Origin: Saccostrea echinata
Taxonomy: Eukaryota
DNA length: 64,000 nucleotides
NCBI RefSeq assembly: GCF_033153115.1
Contig: NW_026889854.1
Coordinates: 62,001 to 126,000 of the forward strand
Reading direction: 5' to 3'
Shown here: positions 27,421-41,400 of the stretch, piece after piece
How positions within the stretch are numbered: position 1 is the stretch's first letter
Layout of the letters: each line of letters starts with the position of its first letter
The notes under the pieces: model-generated
The model's database searches: none
Told to the model about the DNA's origin: nothing
The model's input: only the letters and a program-made list of their open reading frames with translations
Position numbers and translations under genes: made by a program

Positions 27421-28114
27421 TTACCATATACATGTACACTGTAGTAAACTGCATTTACTATAATAAACTTTATATGTCTGTATTATTTTTTTGTCAGGAA
27501 AACCCATGTGGGTCAATTTATTTATGTTTCCTTCAGAAACAATTTTACAAGCTACTAGCAAGTTCAATAAATAGGATGTAATCGATTTTTTTTTATAATT
27601 TGTGCACTTGGGAAATTGGACAATACAAGTAAACTGCGAGGAAAAAGTCTCTGACTGCATTTAGTAGTCTTTTTGTATAATGTTGTGAGGGTACACTCAC
27701 ATTGGAATAAACTGTACACTAGAACTATTGTTTGATGGAAGAAACCTTGTAATAGGCATTGTTCTCCAAAGTATAAACGTTTAAAGAACTCTAATCTAAA
27801 TCACGGTATAGACAAGGCAAGGACATGGAATCTTAGGAATAAGGGATATTATTTGATACCATCGCAAACTACGATAAAAAATACAGAATTTTGCTTTTTA
27901 TGAAACCTGTAATGGTTTAAGAATGAAAATGCATGCTTCACTGTCATATGCATTCTCTTTTAACTTACTTAATGCCTTAATACGATACTATCTTTTTTGA
28001 AACAGTGAAGCACCCAGCTTCATTTTACAAATCTATGTTGAAAAGAAAATGGTTATCGATCGTGATAAGAGTCTTTAATTTCCAAGATAAATACCTATAT
28101 AATATAAAGATTTA

Positions 28115-28640
28115 TGATGTAAAAGGTAAAGATAACGAACAGTGATCAATATCATAAATCCAGTACAGAATATAAATCATGAACAGGGCAAAATCACGGA
28201 CCTCTGAACAAACAGAGGTGGAATTAGGTGCCAAGTACCGTAAGCCTTGTCGATCGGTCACACTAGCCATGAGTTCTCTGTACTGATCAGGTAAACAGAG
28301 TAATCCGAAATAAGAATGGTAAAAAACAATGGCCTAACAATTGGTGGAAAACATGTCAGTCAAAATACAATCAAACACAATCAAATGATAGGTAAGATTT
28401 GCAAATATAGTCATTGCATCGACCATAGAATTTGTAAAATGCTGACTAAACACGAGAACCCTGCAAGATCAACTTATTTGTCAATAGCAAGCCTCTGTTT
28501 AAAACGTTATCGTACTCGGTACAATTAGCATCGAGTCAGTTGGGAGACATGAACACCATAGGCAGGTGATTGTGGAATATTGCTACGTAAATATGGAAAG
28601 TTGACGATGGAAAAAGCTGGTCATTCCGTTTTCATAGCAA
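28115..28640 (-). mobile_element. Degenerate Naiad fragment
   Basis: gataacgaacagtgatc terminus, cagaggtgg...ggtcacac motif, RT tail. Confidence 0.7.
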
Positions 28641-29164
28641 CTACGCTACTTGTATGAATACTGGTACAGACTGCTTATACTATTTACCAAGTTTTTTTTA
28701 AGCGCTTCAATACTGTACAAAGAAAAACACTAAGGGGAAATTTTTGGCAGAGAGACATTCATAAACCTAATCAAATGCATTATCTCGTCTTGAAAAAAAA
28801 CAACAACAGTAAAGTAGGTCCATAATCAATAAGATATATTCACAAAGAAGAATCAGTTTTATTTCTTTGAAGTAAATCATACATACTTGAGTTAGCAATC
28901 ATATTTAAGTTTTTTCCTCTGAGTTTTTCTTTTTGAGAAGAGGGTTTTTTTGTTCAAGATCTTATGGGTACATTCAACCAAAATATTTTGCTCTCTCTCT
29001 CTCTCTCTCAAAGAACACTAGTTTCGATCTAGTACTTAATTGTCCTTGGTACTGTAATATTGTCAACACCGGAAATGCTGTCCCGAGGCTCATTAAACAT
29101 ATCTCTATATTCGTTCCATTATGTTAATAGATCTTTAGATCTGTTCCATTATGTTCAAATGATG

Positions 29165-29500
29165 GCACGACGTAGCTCATTCGCTAGAGCGCTCGCTCCG
29201 TGATCGGGAGGTCGTGGGTTCCAGCCCCAGCCGCGACTGACCTGAGTCGATAAAAAAGGTAGCAACTGTTCCTTCGCCAGGCTCTCGGCTCTTTGAAGTG
29301 AAAGTTGCGGGTCCTTCGGATGAGATCTTAAAAACCGAGGCCTCGTCTAACGGCAGGCGTTGGCACGATAAAGATCCCTCACTGCTCATGGCCGTGAGTG
29401 CCGAGTTAAGGTCTAAATTTGAAGCCCTTCATCGGTATATGGTGAAGTCTCTATATGAGTGAAAAGTTCTCGAACGGGATGTAAAAAAAAAATCAATCAA
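29165..29500 (+). mobile_element. tRNA-derived SINE with an extra Meta-like segment before the Deu core (MD-SINE-like), 10-bp TSD
   Basis: Degenerate A/B boxes, ggtagcaactgttccttcgcc segment, shared core and tail, TSD TCAAATGATG at 29155-29164 and 29501-29510. Confidence 0.8.
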
Positions 29501-30324
29501 TCAAATGATGTTATCTTATGTATGACCATTTTTTTCACGGAGCTATAAAATTCAGTTCTTTACTTTCTCTTTAACTAGGCAAATACATGTACTAATTGTT
29601 TTCAATATGAAAATATGCAATGAAAATGCATCCGTGTTGCCCATGAAATTACTTTGTAAGTGCAAAAGACAGGTCCTAGATTTTATTGAAATTCTAAATA
29701 CAAAAATGCTAGCAGTTTCTGATCAAGAAAAATGTGATGAGTTGAAACGAAGGCAAGCCATTTGTTAAGGAGCTCCTATTTTTTTTCTCTCTCTCTCAAT
29801 GCTAATTTGTTGAAAAATCAAGACCCCCCCACTCACAAATAAATAAAGAAATAAATGAAAAAGCAGCATAATATTTTGAAAACATAGGTGATATAAAAAG
29901 ACTGTTTATCTAATATTATAATCGATGCACTGTTGAAGAGCTGACACTTTTTTTCTCTGTAACCGTTATGTTTCTCAGACACCACAGACCTCTAAGTAGA
30001 TTGTTGCACTTTCATTCCCTGAAATCTCAGAAACCACCATATCATATAATGGGACACTGGCATGTCATCAGCGCGATTAGGCTTGAGTTTTCACAAACAA
30101 AGAATCACAAGCCCATTTACTTCTCCAGTTTATTGGCAATAGTAAAGGAACGTCTAGCACGCGAGTTTTTCCCTTACCTTTGGTGGTTAAAGTGCATCTT
30201 TTTCTGAGGGTATAAATAAACCTATATTGAACTTTTCTGATATCAACACTTGAAAAACTTAATCCAGACAAGCATAATGACATGTAAATTAAAGGGAGGG
30301 TAGAAGAACAATGTTGTCTATATA

Positions 30325-31510
30325 AAATGTTCTACCAAGCCTCTTTCTTTACTCCTCACTAAAATATTAACAGCAATGAAGAAGAAACTTCAGGAGTACT
30401 GTGCAATATCTTCGAGAAGTGATTTTAATCGGATGTGGATATCAAAAAAGTCCAAGAAACGTTTAGAAAATATGAATTTTACCAAATTCAATAGCATCAA
30501 AAAGTTTGACTTTTCGACACTTTATTCAAACATTCCCTACGATAAATTAAAGTTCAGGCTTTTTGACATCATAGACGGCTGCTTTTTCAATAAAAATGGA
30601 AGTCGTAAATCTGCAAAATTATTTTGTTTAAATTTTGGTTGTGCACACAATTACTCCGAAGTTGATATTAAAAGATGCTTGAGTTTCTGATTGACAATAT
30701 TCATGTAGTATTTCGAGATCAAGTCTTTGTTGTAATTCCCATGGCTATTAATTGTGAACTGTTGTTAGCAGGCGTATTTTTGTATTCATATGAAGCAGAA
30801 TTTATTAAAAACTTCTACATATGGATATGTCGACGACGTTGTATCAATTATCAATTAACAATATTCATTTTCATTCCTACTTCGATTCGATATATCCATT
30901 TGAACTCGAAATAAAAGAGCACAGAGTCTGACATATTTGTTCCATATTTGGATATTTAAAAGACATAAATGGCAAATTTACAACAAAACTTTATGATAAA
31001 CGTGATGACTTCAAATTTTCTATCGTCAACTTCCCTTATTTAAGTAGCAATGTGCCATTATCTCCTGCATATGGAGTTTATGTCTCTCAGTTGCTTTGAT
31101 ACGCAAGAGCATGTTCTACATACGGACAATTTATAAACTAGGCAAGCTATTTACAAATAAGTTGACGATAAAAGGATATCAATAGTCTTGTTTAAAGTCA
31201 ACATTTCGCAAATTCTATGGTCGATACAATGACCTTGTAATCAAAGTACATTCTATCATTAAATCGAACGTTGACTGACATTCTTCATACAACTTGTTAG
31301 GCCATTATTTTTACGATGAATTGTCTACAATTTTTTTCGCTTGCCGTTCGGCGGGTGTGACAGATCGACAAAGGGTGCTCACTTCTCCATGGCACCTGAT
31401 CCCACCTCTGATGTTTTTACAGGTCCGTGTTTGCTTTGTTCCCATTTTGTATTGTTTCAACTTTTCACTTTTAACTTGATTACTGTTCGTTATCTTCATA
31501 TTGCATATAA
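30325..31510 (+). mobile_element. Degenerate Naiad RT + 3'UTR
   Basis: ORFs 30376-30690 and 30675-30914 are homologous to the 17.4-18.6 kb RT. Confidence 0.85.
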
Positions 31511-33319
31511 AAATTGCACTTATACAATGTAGGTCACACAGTAGAACAGTACAACTGTGTGCAGACTGGAAGTGACGTGATCCGAAAATTTCAATTTTTT
31601 TTTTTGACGTTGTAATTAAAAAATAACGTAAAGTTTACTTTTAAAAGAAAATTATCAATATTTTCGAAGCTTAAAGCGAGATACATGCTGTACACGAACT
31701 TGTTTTAATGAATATTTATTCCCGAAAGACATAAATGCAGTACAAAGGGTTTTGTCTTTTATGGTGTTATTTATGAAACACTACAATAAGAGCGTTCTGT
31801 TTGTGTGCTGTTTTTATCTGAAAAAAGACAATTCAATGTAATTTTCTGTAATCATACTTAAAAGTTACGAATTAACGTAATTTAAAAGTTTATAAATCTG
31901 TAGTAAAGGAGGAGTTTCAATAAAGCTGTTTTTCAGCCCATCAAGAAATATTATGAAATTGTGATATGTTGTGGATAAACATCTTATCTTCCAAAAAATA
32001 TGAAAATAATTTATACTGCACATTTTCCAGTCACGTGATAATTGAAAATTTAAATATACCTTCTTCCCTATTTTTCTGGAGTACACAAATTTAAAAGGGG
32101 ATAATTGCGTTTTTGCAACGTCAAATCATAAATGAAATAGCATAAATGTTAATAAAGGCATCAAATAACCAATTGCAACATTTTTTGGGAGAACATTTAT
32201 GACATTTATTTTATGTGAAAGATTTTTTTTGTGTTTTTAAATTGTAAATTTTTTTTTTTAAAAAGAAAAGTCGGAAAATGTAAGTAGTAAGATCCCTTTC
32301 TGCTATTGCGCAACCCTAGAAGCATCATCGGTGCAGGTTTTCTCCAAAATCTTTAACCTGATCACTCTTCAAGAAAATGTAGGTCAGATCCAGCATCTGA
32401 AGCAAGTCTGATAGTGTGCATCCGAAGATGCTTCATGAAGCATGGCTGGTCAACAAGTGCTCATAGCTGCCGGAGCACTGCTCCAAAACTTTAACCTGCT
32501 TTGAAAACATTAACCTGGACATTCTTTAGCTGAAAATGCAACATCTGAAACCTGACTGGTGAGAAGGAAACACAATAGATCAGGCGACTCTGATTAATAT
32601 AGGGCATGAATATACTTGAAAAGAAAAAAAAACTTGGAACATCGATACCGACGGTATTAAAAAAGCTCCAACTTCGTGCAGGTGAGCTAAAAATGTGGCA
32701 TTAACGTTATACACTGGTGACGAAATAAGTATCGAAATGAAGATAGGAAATGATAATAATAATTTCATACTTTTTAATGATTAGAACTTTGCTCTATATG
32801 GTTTTTTTTCTTGTTTTTTTTTTTTTTTTTTTTTTGCAAATTGAATTTGATTTTCATTCATTTGAAGCTATAGAAATGTTCGCCCATCTTCTTTGCAATG
32901 GATATTGGTATGATAAGTTATCCCGGCGGAAACAAACGCTTTATCAACATGTTTAATTCTAAACTAATCACTCTCTCCAATTTGAATTTTGTGATAATAA
33001 CTCTCGAAAGAGCTGATTTATTAAGAATAGATGAGATGCAGAAATGGATCAGATTACGGAGTAATGATTAATATAGCACGATTTGAACTCAAGGACAAGC
33101 ACCTACAGAGGGGAAAAATTCATTATAAAAGCAAACCCGATGTTGAAACAGCGGAAGTCAAAAGAGATTAGGGCCAACATGAAGAATTATACAAGTAGAA
33201 TACACGAAGAAAGAATGTCATCGCGGACAAGTCATACAGTTCATAATATCCATCACATTTTTACAGTTGTACTTTTGCCTGTTAAATTTTTGCAATTTGT
33301 AACATAAATTTGTAACATA

Positions 33320-33612
33320 AATTTGGGGATTATTTCCTATCATCCTTAACAACCTGATTAATCCTACTATATATGTGTATGGTAAAATACATGTATAAAT
33401 TCTGGGATTATTGTCAACCATCCCTGATAGTGTGGGTAAATCTACTACTAGTAAAGTAATATATAAATTCCGGAGGATTATTATCTAACATCCCTCATAG
33501 ACTCGGTAAATCAGCTATAGTAATAAATGTATATAGATTCTGGAGGATTATTTTCTAACATCCCTGATGGCCTGCGTAATTCTGTTATAGTAATATATAA
33601 ATTCTGGGATTT
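33320..33612. repeat. ~60-bp tandem repeat (taaattctgggattatt...catccct)
   Basis: About five diverged copies. Confidence 0.65.
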
Positions 33613-33742
33613 CTTACTCCTCCAACGCACGTGATCCCATGTCTTTAGAGGAGAGGTCCCTGTTTGCTCTGCTTTTGATTTGTATTTTTTCTATGGCTTT
33701 TTTGAGTTTGATTACCGTTCGTTATCTCCATATTTGATTTCA
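33610..33742 (+). mobile_element. Naiad terminal fragment within a minisatellite
   Basis: ttactcctcc...tgatccca...gttcgttatctccatatt. Confidence 0.6.
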
Positions 33743-36234
33743 AACATCTTTGATAGTCTTGGTCTGCTTAATGATATACAAACAACCCAGATATAACCTG
33801 TGTAAATCTGCTATGAACATATACGAACACAGCTATTTGTAGAATACAGCTCCTTATTTTCTATCTTTAATGAGTAATCTAGAATCGCCAATAGTAATTT
33901 TTTACATGAACATCTTTTCATTTTACATGAATTAGATACATGTCTTTGCTATAGATTCCTAATTTTTCTACTATTACTATAGTACAAGTACATTGTATGT
34001 ATTATATATAATTGGTTTTTCACCACTCAACAGTAAAATTGAACCCTACTGGTCAGGTGCTCCGCTGCTCCTTTAATAGATATGACAGAGAGAATGCTAT
34101 TCCTTATAGACTGTATCATACTCATTATTTTGTAGGCGTAGAACTTGACAAACACATGAGGAAAACCGTATTATGTAATTTGATCAGTACTGAAGTCATA
34201 GCTTATTAGATTTGATTTCTGTGAGCGGGGGAGTATCATTAATACTATTATTATCTATTTATGTCATCTGATAAGTGCTAATATTTATCACTGCTGCCAT
34301 TCCTAGTGATGTTATAAGAATAACCGACTAGTGCAATGAAATAATTCAAGTGATTGGCTTGAAAACTATTTCAACTTTGTTGACACGTGTGCGAATAAAT
34401 TCTGTCGATTCGAACACTCCCTGTACATGTATTTGATAGAATAATGACGGTTAAAAACCTGTTTATGTTCTCCATCTAATCAAACTTAGCAATGTATCAA
34501 ATTCAATCCCCTTAATATATATATGGATATCACTTCAGAGTTGATAGGCTTAAGTCGACAGTACCAAGTTCATTAAACTAGATCAATATCTCATCCTTAA
34601 TATTAAAGATTATTGTATTCATTGCGATTCAAGCTTCACAAATTTATGATTGAGGAGGACCTTCGTCAAGGCAATTTTTAACCTAATCACACGTACAAAC
34701 GCGTGTAACGAAGACGACGTTCTTTCAAGATGGGGGGGGGGGTGCAAAATTGAAAACTTTGCCACTTCAGTGCAATTCCCAACTGAAATTGCTTTCCATG
34801 GGGCTGAATGGTTATCGAAAAAGGGGGAAAAAAAGAAACCACAGTCTGATAATTCTATTTTTGGATGTGATAATTCAAGAAGAATGAATCATGGTAGCTC
34901 ACATCAGGGTCAAGTTTTGCCGAGATCATTAGGTTGATAAGTACATGCTAAATCACCTATATTTCAATAAAAAGGAAATGAATTCTTTGGAAACAGAAAA
35001 AAACCATTACTGTTTTTGTTCGTTTCGATTGATTAAATCTATGCTCTAAATATGAGACTGTTTATTTGTAGGGGTGGAAGTTAATTTGAAGTTAACAAGA
35101 GAACCTTATCTTTTTTTAAAAAGATTTTTTTCTCTCTCAACATCTAATGCTTACAAGGTATGGAATAATACATTGAGTTTAGAGGTTGAAACAATAACAA
35201 GTAATCAAGGTAATCAAGGTATATTAGAATATATAGCGTATTGGAACCAAGAAATGGGCCTACATTGGACATAAATGGGTACAACTGACTTTTTATATGT
35301 AGAAATTCGAGAAAAGACCTTGAAAAGTTTAAAAAATTGGCACAAGGGCCTTAACGGTCACCTCAGTATAATACAACACTGTAAAAGATCCATAGAAATA
35401 TAAAATAATACAAACTGAAAGATGAACTATGTTTCCCAAAGCAAGAAATATAATGATAAGGGAGCAACAACATAATTAGTCTAGTGCTCCTTAATAAATT
35501 TTAAACTTGATCTAGGGATCTTTTTAGTTGCCTGTACCTGGCCCCATTTGTAACTATTAATTGTAAACTAAACAGAACAATAGTGTTTGAACACTATTGT
35601 TAAACCCATCTCATTTCCTCTCACATTGGCCTCTCTTGGTCTATGAAGAACATTTAATGTACAAAGATAAGGTAAGATAAGATTTGTCTCATTTTTATTT
35701 ATCTATAAATAACAAGTTTTTACCTGACTATTAAGAACTATGAGAGTTCTTTTTTGTATAATATATTATAAAAATTCTTGTACAAATCTCTTGACCAAGT
35801 GGTCGACTTCGATCACCCCAGACCCTGGGCAAATTTCAAAATTATTGAAGATGCACCCTTGCTCATCATACTATGCACTTAATAAATCTACCTAATACTT
35901 AGGAGCAGAGGAGAAAATGTTCAAAAACTTAATGCATATTCATTATTTCAGAAATAAATAACAAGTTTAAAAACTTCTCTGGGAAATGAAGTTGGTCGGT
36001 CACGTGATCAAATCCTGTGAAGGCGGAAGGTCTCCTTGCTCATTAAAACTATGCATTTAATTTGTTTGCTAATTACCCATGAGCAGAAAAGAAGATTTTT
36101 CAAAGAATTTAAGTATTTTCGTTATATAATCAAGTACAGCTCCTCCCCCAACACCAGTACCCCTGGCCCTGGGGCCGTAAATTTCACAATTTTTGAAGAG
36201 GCACCCTTGCTCATCATAACTACAATATACAGTT

Positions 36235-36660
36235 CGTGGTCGGCGAAGGGACACACTGAGTCGCTTCTAGCATAGGATCTCTCACCTGAGAGTCGTTGCC
36301 AGAGTGCATATGTGACTGGGTGGTGTCGGCCTGGAAGACTAGGCCGCAGACGTGTAAGGGACTTAGTCTTAAGGGTACTGAGGGGGGAGAGGTTTCTCTT
36401 AACGGCAGGGAGCTGGACTCCCGACCTTCATCGTCGGTCCGCCGGCGATGGAGGTGTCGCACGCTTTAGCGTGTGCTACCTAAAGGAGTTAGTCTATTTT
36501 TTTTAATTTAGTGCATGCTACCTAAGGGACTATTTTAACGATGTTTGCGCCTCTGCAACCGGTCACCGGTGGCGGAGACTTTCCGAGGTTCTTTTCTCTC
36601 TGTTATAACTAATCGCCTCTGGCACCGATCCGCCGGTGTCTTGGTCTTTCTTTTTTTTTA
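36235..36660 (+). ncRNA. Putative structured RNA segment of unknown identity
   Basis: GC-rich island with at least 7 hairpins; G-U pairs fall on the + strand; T-runs at ~36497 and ~36651. Confidence 0.4.
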
Positions 36661-36665
36661 AATCT

Positions 36666-37072
36666 TAACCCTAGCCCTAAAGACTACCCCTAACCTAAGC
36701 CCTAACCCTAGCGCTAAGTGTAACCCTAACCACCTTAAACCTAACCCTAACTCTAGTATTAAGCCTAACCCTAGTTTTAACCCTAACCCGTTCATCCCCA
36801 GCTCTAACCCTCACCCTATTAATCTAACCCTAACCCTTGCACTGTAACCCTAACAGCGTAAGCCCTCACCCTAGCCGTAAGTCAAACCTTAAGAGCTTAA
36901 CCCTACCCCTAACTCTAGTTCTTACCCCTTTCAGCTTAACCCTAACCCTACTTTTAACGATAACCCTAACTCAACACAAATCCGACAGCGTACCCCAACC
37001 CTAAGGCTAGCCCTAGCCCTAAACCTAACATCGTAATCCCAACCCTAACTCCAGCCCTAACCCTAGCCTTAA
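36666..37072 (-). repeat. Degenerate interstitial telomere-like array, (TTAGGG)n on the minus strand
   Basis: Many CCCTAA/CCCTAG/CCCTCA/CCTTAA units on the + strand. Confidence 0.85.
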
Positions 37073-37849
37073 CATCCCATCTCAAAGTCATAGATGTTTT
37101 ATGCCAAAATTATTTGAAATTGGATCAGTGGTTTCAGAGAAGAAGCTGAAAATGTTCAAATGTTAACTGGCGACAAACAACGCAAGACGACGGACGAAAC
37201 AGATCGCAATGGGTCACCTTTGTGACTGAGGTGACTTAAAAAGGGGAAAGTGACACTCAACGACAATGATTAGAAGAAGACCGTCCTTAGCGACAACTAT
37301 AAGACCATATGAGCTCCCTATATAATTCAGTAAAATTTAAAAAAAAAAAGAAATGCTGTACCCCTTTATCATACAATCAGCAAGTCCTGAAACTTGCCTC
37401 CATTTTCGTCCCTTGAAGTGCCTAAAGTTAAAAACTGTGCTAGTTTCGAACTATGATACGTATTTTTAAAGAGTTTACAGTTTCAGATGATCAGTAATTT
37501 TGTCTAGAAATATTTTTAACATGCACAAGTCAAAATCTGAGTACTTGGACTGGACTAAAATGATGAAAGTTGCGGGTCTTGTAGAAGTACATTTATTTTA
37601 ATTCACTAATTTAAATAGAGAGAGCCTATGTGTAAAACAAGCTAAATAATACTCAGTGGTCAAGGTCCAATGCAGCTGAATCGTAAAATGAGAACATAGC
37701 TAAATCCGCAACACTTATAAAATCATTTCCCAAAACTACTTGAATGAAATATGACCATGAAAAATGCTTTGGGAGGTACTGCCCAGTCGCACAACTAAAA
37801 CTACTTTAAAGTTTCAGTGATGTCCTATTTTATTTATTTCGTCAAGGAT

Positions 37850-38460
37850 GAGGGTGAAGATAGTGAATCATGATTAATTACAATGAATCCTACATGTATA
37901 ACAACACAAACTGTGTGAACAGGGAAAAAACCCCAAAACCCCCGGACCCCTGGAGAAAGCCTCCCCTGTCACCTGTAAGCCATCATTACTGATCAGGTAA
38001 ACGGAATTATCCGTAGTAAAAATAAGTATTAAACACAATGGCCTAACAATTGGTATGAAAAATGCCAGTCAAAATACGACCCGAAAATATGCTGTGTTTG
38101 CAAAAGGAATCAATATAACGATCCTACAATTTGCGGAATGCTGACTTAAACGAAATTGGCCCTGTTACATCAACTTATTTGTTAATAGCCTGACTTGGTT
38201 TAAAAATTGAGCATGCTCTTGCGTATCGAATCAGCTGGGAGAGGTAAAAAGCAGATATAGGTGATAATTGAATGTTACTATTTAAATGAGGAAGGTGGCG
38301 ATAAAAAGCTGAATTCGTCTCTATTGTCCTATACTCTAGTTGTTAGTTGGCATTAACGTTTAAAATCAGCAAAACATTCAAGTATGAAACAGATGAGGTT
38401 AACTCTGTGATGTCTTTATTTCAAATGATTTTTTTTTTTGCTTTTGAGTCAACAAATGAT
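37850..38460 (-). mobile_element. Degenerate Naiad fragment
   Basis: gcatgctcttgcgtatcgaatcagctggga and ggcctaacaattggtatgaaa matches. Confidence 0.7.
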
Positions 38461-41400
38461 TTCTATAGATCCGTTAAATTTTGTAAGAGGTAATGATTTA
38501 TAAATTCCTAAACAGTAAACATGTACTTATGCAGTGATACTTTAATGTTTCAATGACGGTGAAAAATATTTTGACGTACATTAAAGTCTGTGTATTTTTC
38601 GTAAGTAGCGAATATTATGGTCATCCTGAAAATTGCAAAATTTCAAACCTCGGGGTCTCATGGAGAGAATTAAGAAAATTAAAATGTATTCTAACGACAT
38701 TCCTACACTAACGAAATGTGGAAGCAAAACAGTAAGTGAGCACGAGGATAAAACTGAGTGTAGAATACATTCAGTTATAAAATGATTAAAAATAGGTACG
38801 CAAAACAAAAACATGGCCGTTCAACAAGTTTGATATATTCGTCGAACACATGAAACAGTATGAACTTGTTCTATCCAACTTCTCGACTTTTTCTCTCTCT
38901 CCTTCTCTCTCTCTCTCTCTCTGCAATCAAGTTCAAAGACCGAGAAAAAAATTGAATATAATTGTAAACAAGTTGTACAGTTTTTATATTTTGTTTGCTT
39001 CTTTACACCTTTTCACTTTCTTAAAACACTTTCGTGTAAAACCCGGTATGTACAGGGGTTTTCCTCCAAGCTTGAGTTGTCTTGCAATATATATATATAT
39101 CGATGATAATTCAGTTTTGAGCAGGGTGTCCTGAAAATTCAAGTCGATATGAATGGACTGACTTTGGGTGATCATATGGAAATAAGCTTCAATTTTGAAT
39201 CACGATTCCTACATTGAAAAAAGCTCGATTTCATGGAACAATACACCAACTTCAGAATTTTAACTCAAAATGATGTAAGGTTGAACATAAGTCGAATGTT
39301 TGTGTACATTGCCAGGCTTCGTCAATGTCATTTTCTACAAAGATCATTATACTATACAAATCGGCATTACGTCTGGGAATAGCTCGGCAGAAGATGACGT
39401 AATAATAGTCAGATATATTAGTTGTTTACTTCTGGTGATCACTTTCCCTAGAGTTGCCCACTGAGGCTGTTAAAAGAGGTATCGTAGCGTATTGGCACCC
39501 TTCCCAGCACACTGTCACCTGTTCTAACAAATTACTATACTCTCTTCTCTTCATTATTTAATATAAAATGAATTATGGTCAAGTTTGCTTTGGAAGGAAA
39601 GCAAAATTCATTTCGCATTATGTATAAAAGGACTGTCCCTGGCTCTGTATGAAGATTCCGTCAACTCTAAAAGTTAGGTTTTAAAGAATTGTGAAAAAAA
39701 TGTTGATAGAACAATCTGTGGTTGAAAATTTGGAGCAGTAGAAATCAGTGTAAAAATTTCAATAGTTCTATACAAGGAAAATCTAATTATGCATCAGTTT
39801 AACAGAAAACATTGGAGTTTTGTCATGACTTGGAAAAGTAGTGATATTCTTGCATCATTAAAATAGGTAATGACTACGATATAGTTTTTGAGGTGAAAGC
39901 TTTTAAAGTGAAGAAAATACTAGTATCTTACGATGTTAAAGAATTAAGGCACCTCGGGGCATGAGTGTGTTTTATTCTGTTTTTAATATCTAGTAGCATT
40001 GTGATTTTTGCAAAAAGTAATCTGTCTGGAATGAAACAAACCTGCCAATGTCAAAAAGAGAAAAATAATGAATGAAGAATGCCAGACTTTAATGTTTTAA
40101 GATCGAATATGTCATTGAAACACTATTCAACGGAGACACATAGACTTCATTTCTTCTGGAACATAATATTAGGTGACACTTTTTCTTTGACTCCAAGGAC
40201 TTGTCTAGTGTGCAAAATCCACAAATACAGGCGGAGTGAGGAATCAATATTTAGACGATTTAATGGAAAAACATTCTGCCACTTTAGTACAGGAGTCATT
40301 CATAAGTTTTCTTATGTCAAAATGTAAATGTCAGCAGATCTGAAACATCGCACATTAATCTGGAACTAACTTCTTTAAAAAGGGGTAAGATAGAATTTAT
40401 TTTAAATTATTCTAAGAAGAGTTTTTAAAATCTTTATGACGTAGTCTTTGGGTAAATAATATTTTTAAATAAAGATTAATAAATTCAAATTTTACTGATT
40501 CTGCTGATGGTTTCAAACCATTTTCCGTCGGTCATTATTTTGAGATACATGTAATGTGTTACGACAGTATATCGACTGTCTCTGGAAATGCATTCTGATT
40601 TTTTATTTTTTCCATTGGAGATGGTGTTTCAAAGATGAAATCAATCAGAAATAAGTTACCACTATCCGTTACAATTCTGCATCTTGGTAGCGTTCTTCAA
40701 ATTCTAACAATTTATCACAACACCAGCGAGAACCCATTTTATACATGCATGTATATGTATGTATATGTATCTTTTATACAAAAACTTACAAAAACGAATA
40801 TACAAAACTAGCAAGTAAAAATTCAAATTAGAACATAATCTCCTCTGAAATTGAAGGCAGAGGAGAATAAATGCAAATTTTATTTTCAAAAAAATATCCC
40901 GTATGTGAACTGTACCTCAGTGGTGTAAATGAAAAAGTTTGCGGGAAGGAGTTGATATTTTGTAGTATAAAATGAATGTCCGTAGGATGCCTATATCGAT
41001 CTCTCTTTAGGCCGTTGGAATATTTACCTGCATGACTTTCTAGATGTTGAATCAAGTCAAGGGATATGTTGTATGTTTCGTTTTCTATGTTACACAATGT
41101 ATACATGTATGTATATGAATCAATAATTGAGAAACGTTTTCACAGAGATAAAAGAATGGCAACTCTAACGAAAGCTTAATCATTCTTTCAGGTGACATAG
41201 AGTGGAAACAAAAAAAGTACGTATATTCTCTCTCTCTCTCCGTGTGTGTGTATGTGTGATCAAAGATTGTCTTACCAAATGCATTAGTCATACTTTTTGT
41301 ACTATCAAGTGCTTCCACATTACAAATCCAGACTAAATATTATCTGTCATCGACCTTGGACTCTGTCAAGGTTAATTGAATTTTACCTATTTTATTTTTA

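Larger units (their letters stand above)
35342..37242 (+). mobile_element. HINE interrupted by an ~840 bp foreign insert
   Basis: 5' acaagggccttaacggtcacct; internal units with gcacccttgctcatcata; 3' gacggacg + ggtcacct...aggtgacttaaaa. Confidence 0.65.

Noticed and set aside
36235-37075. Telomerase RNA or a true chromosome end
   Set aside because: There is no short CUAACCCU template within the structured part and no clear H/ACA end. The array is degenerate and embedded in a HINE with ordinary DNA on both sides.
39620-39870. First coding exon of the synaptotagmin-like gene (TATA at ~39623, donor at ~39867)
   Set aside because: The ATG frame ends in TAG just before the donor and the other frames are closed; it cannot be linked without transcripts.
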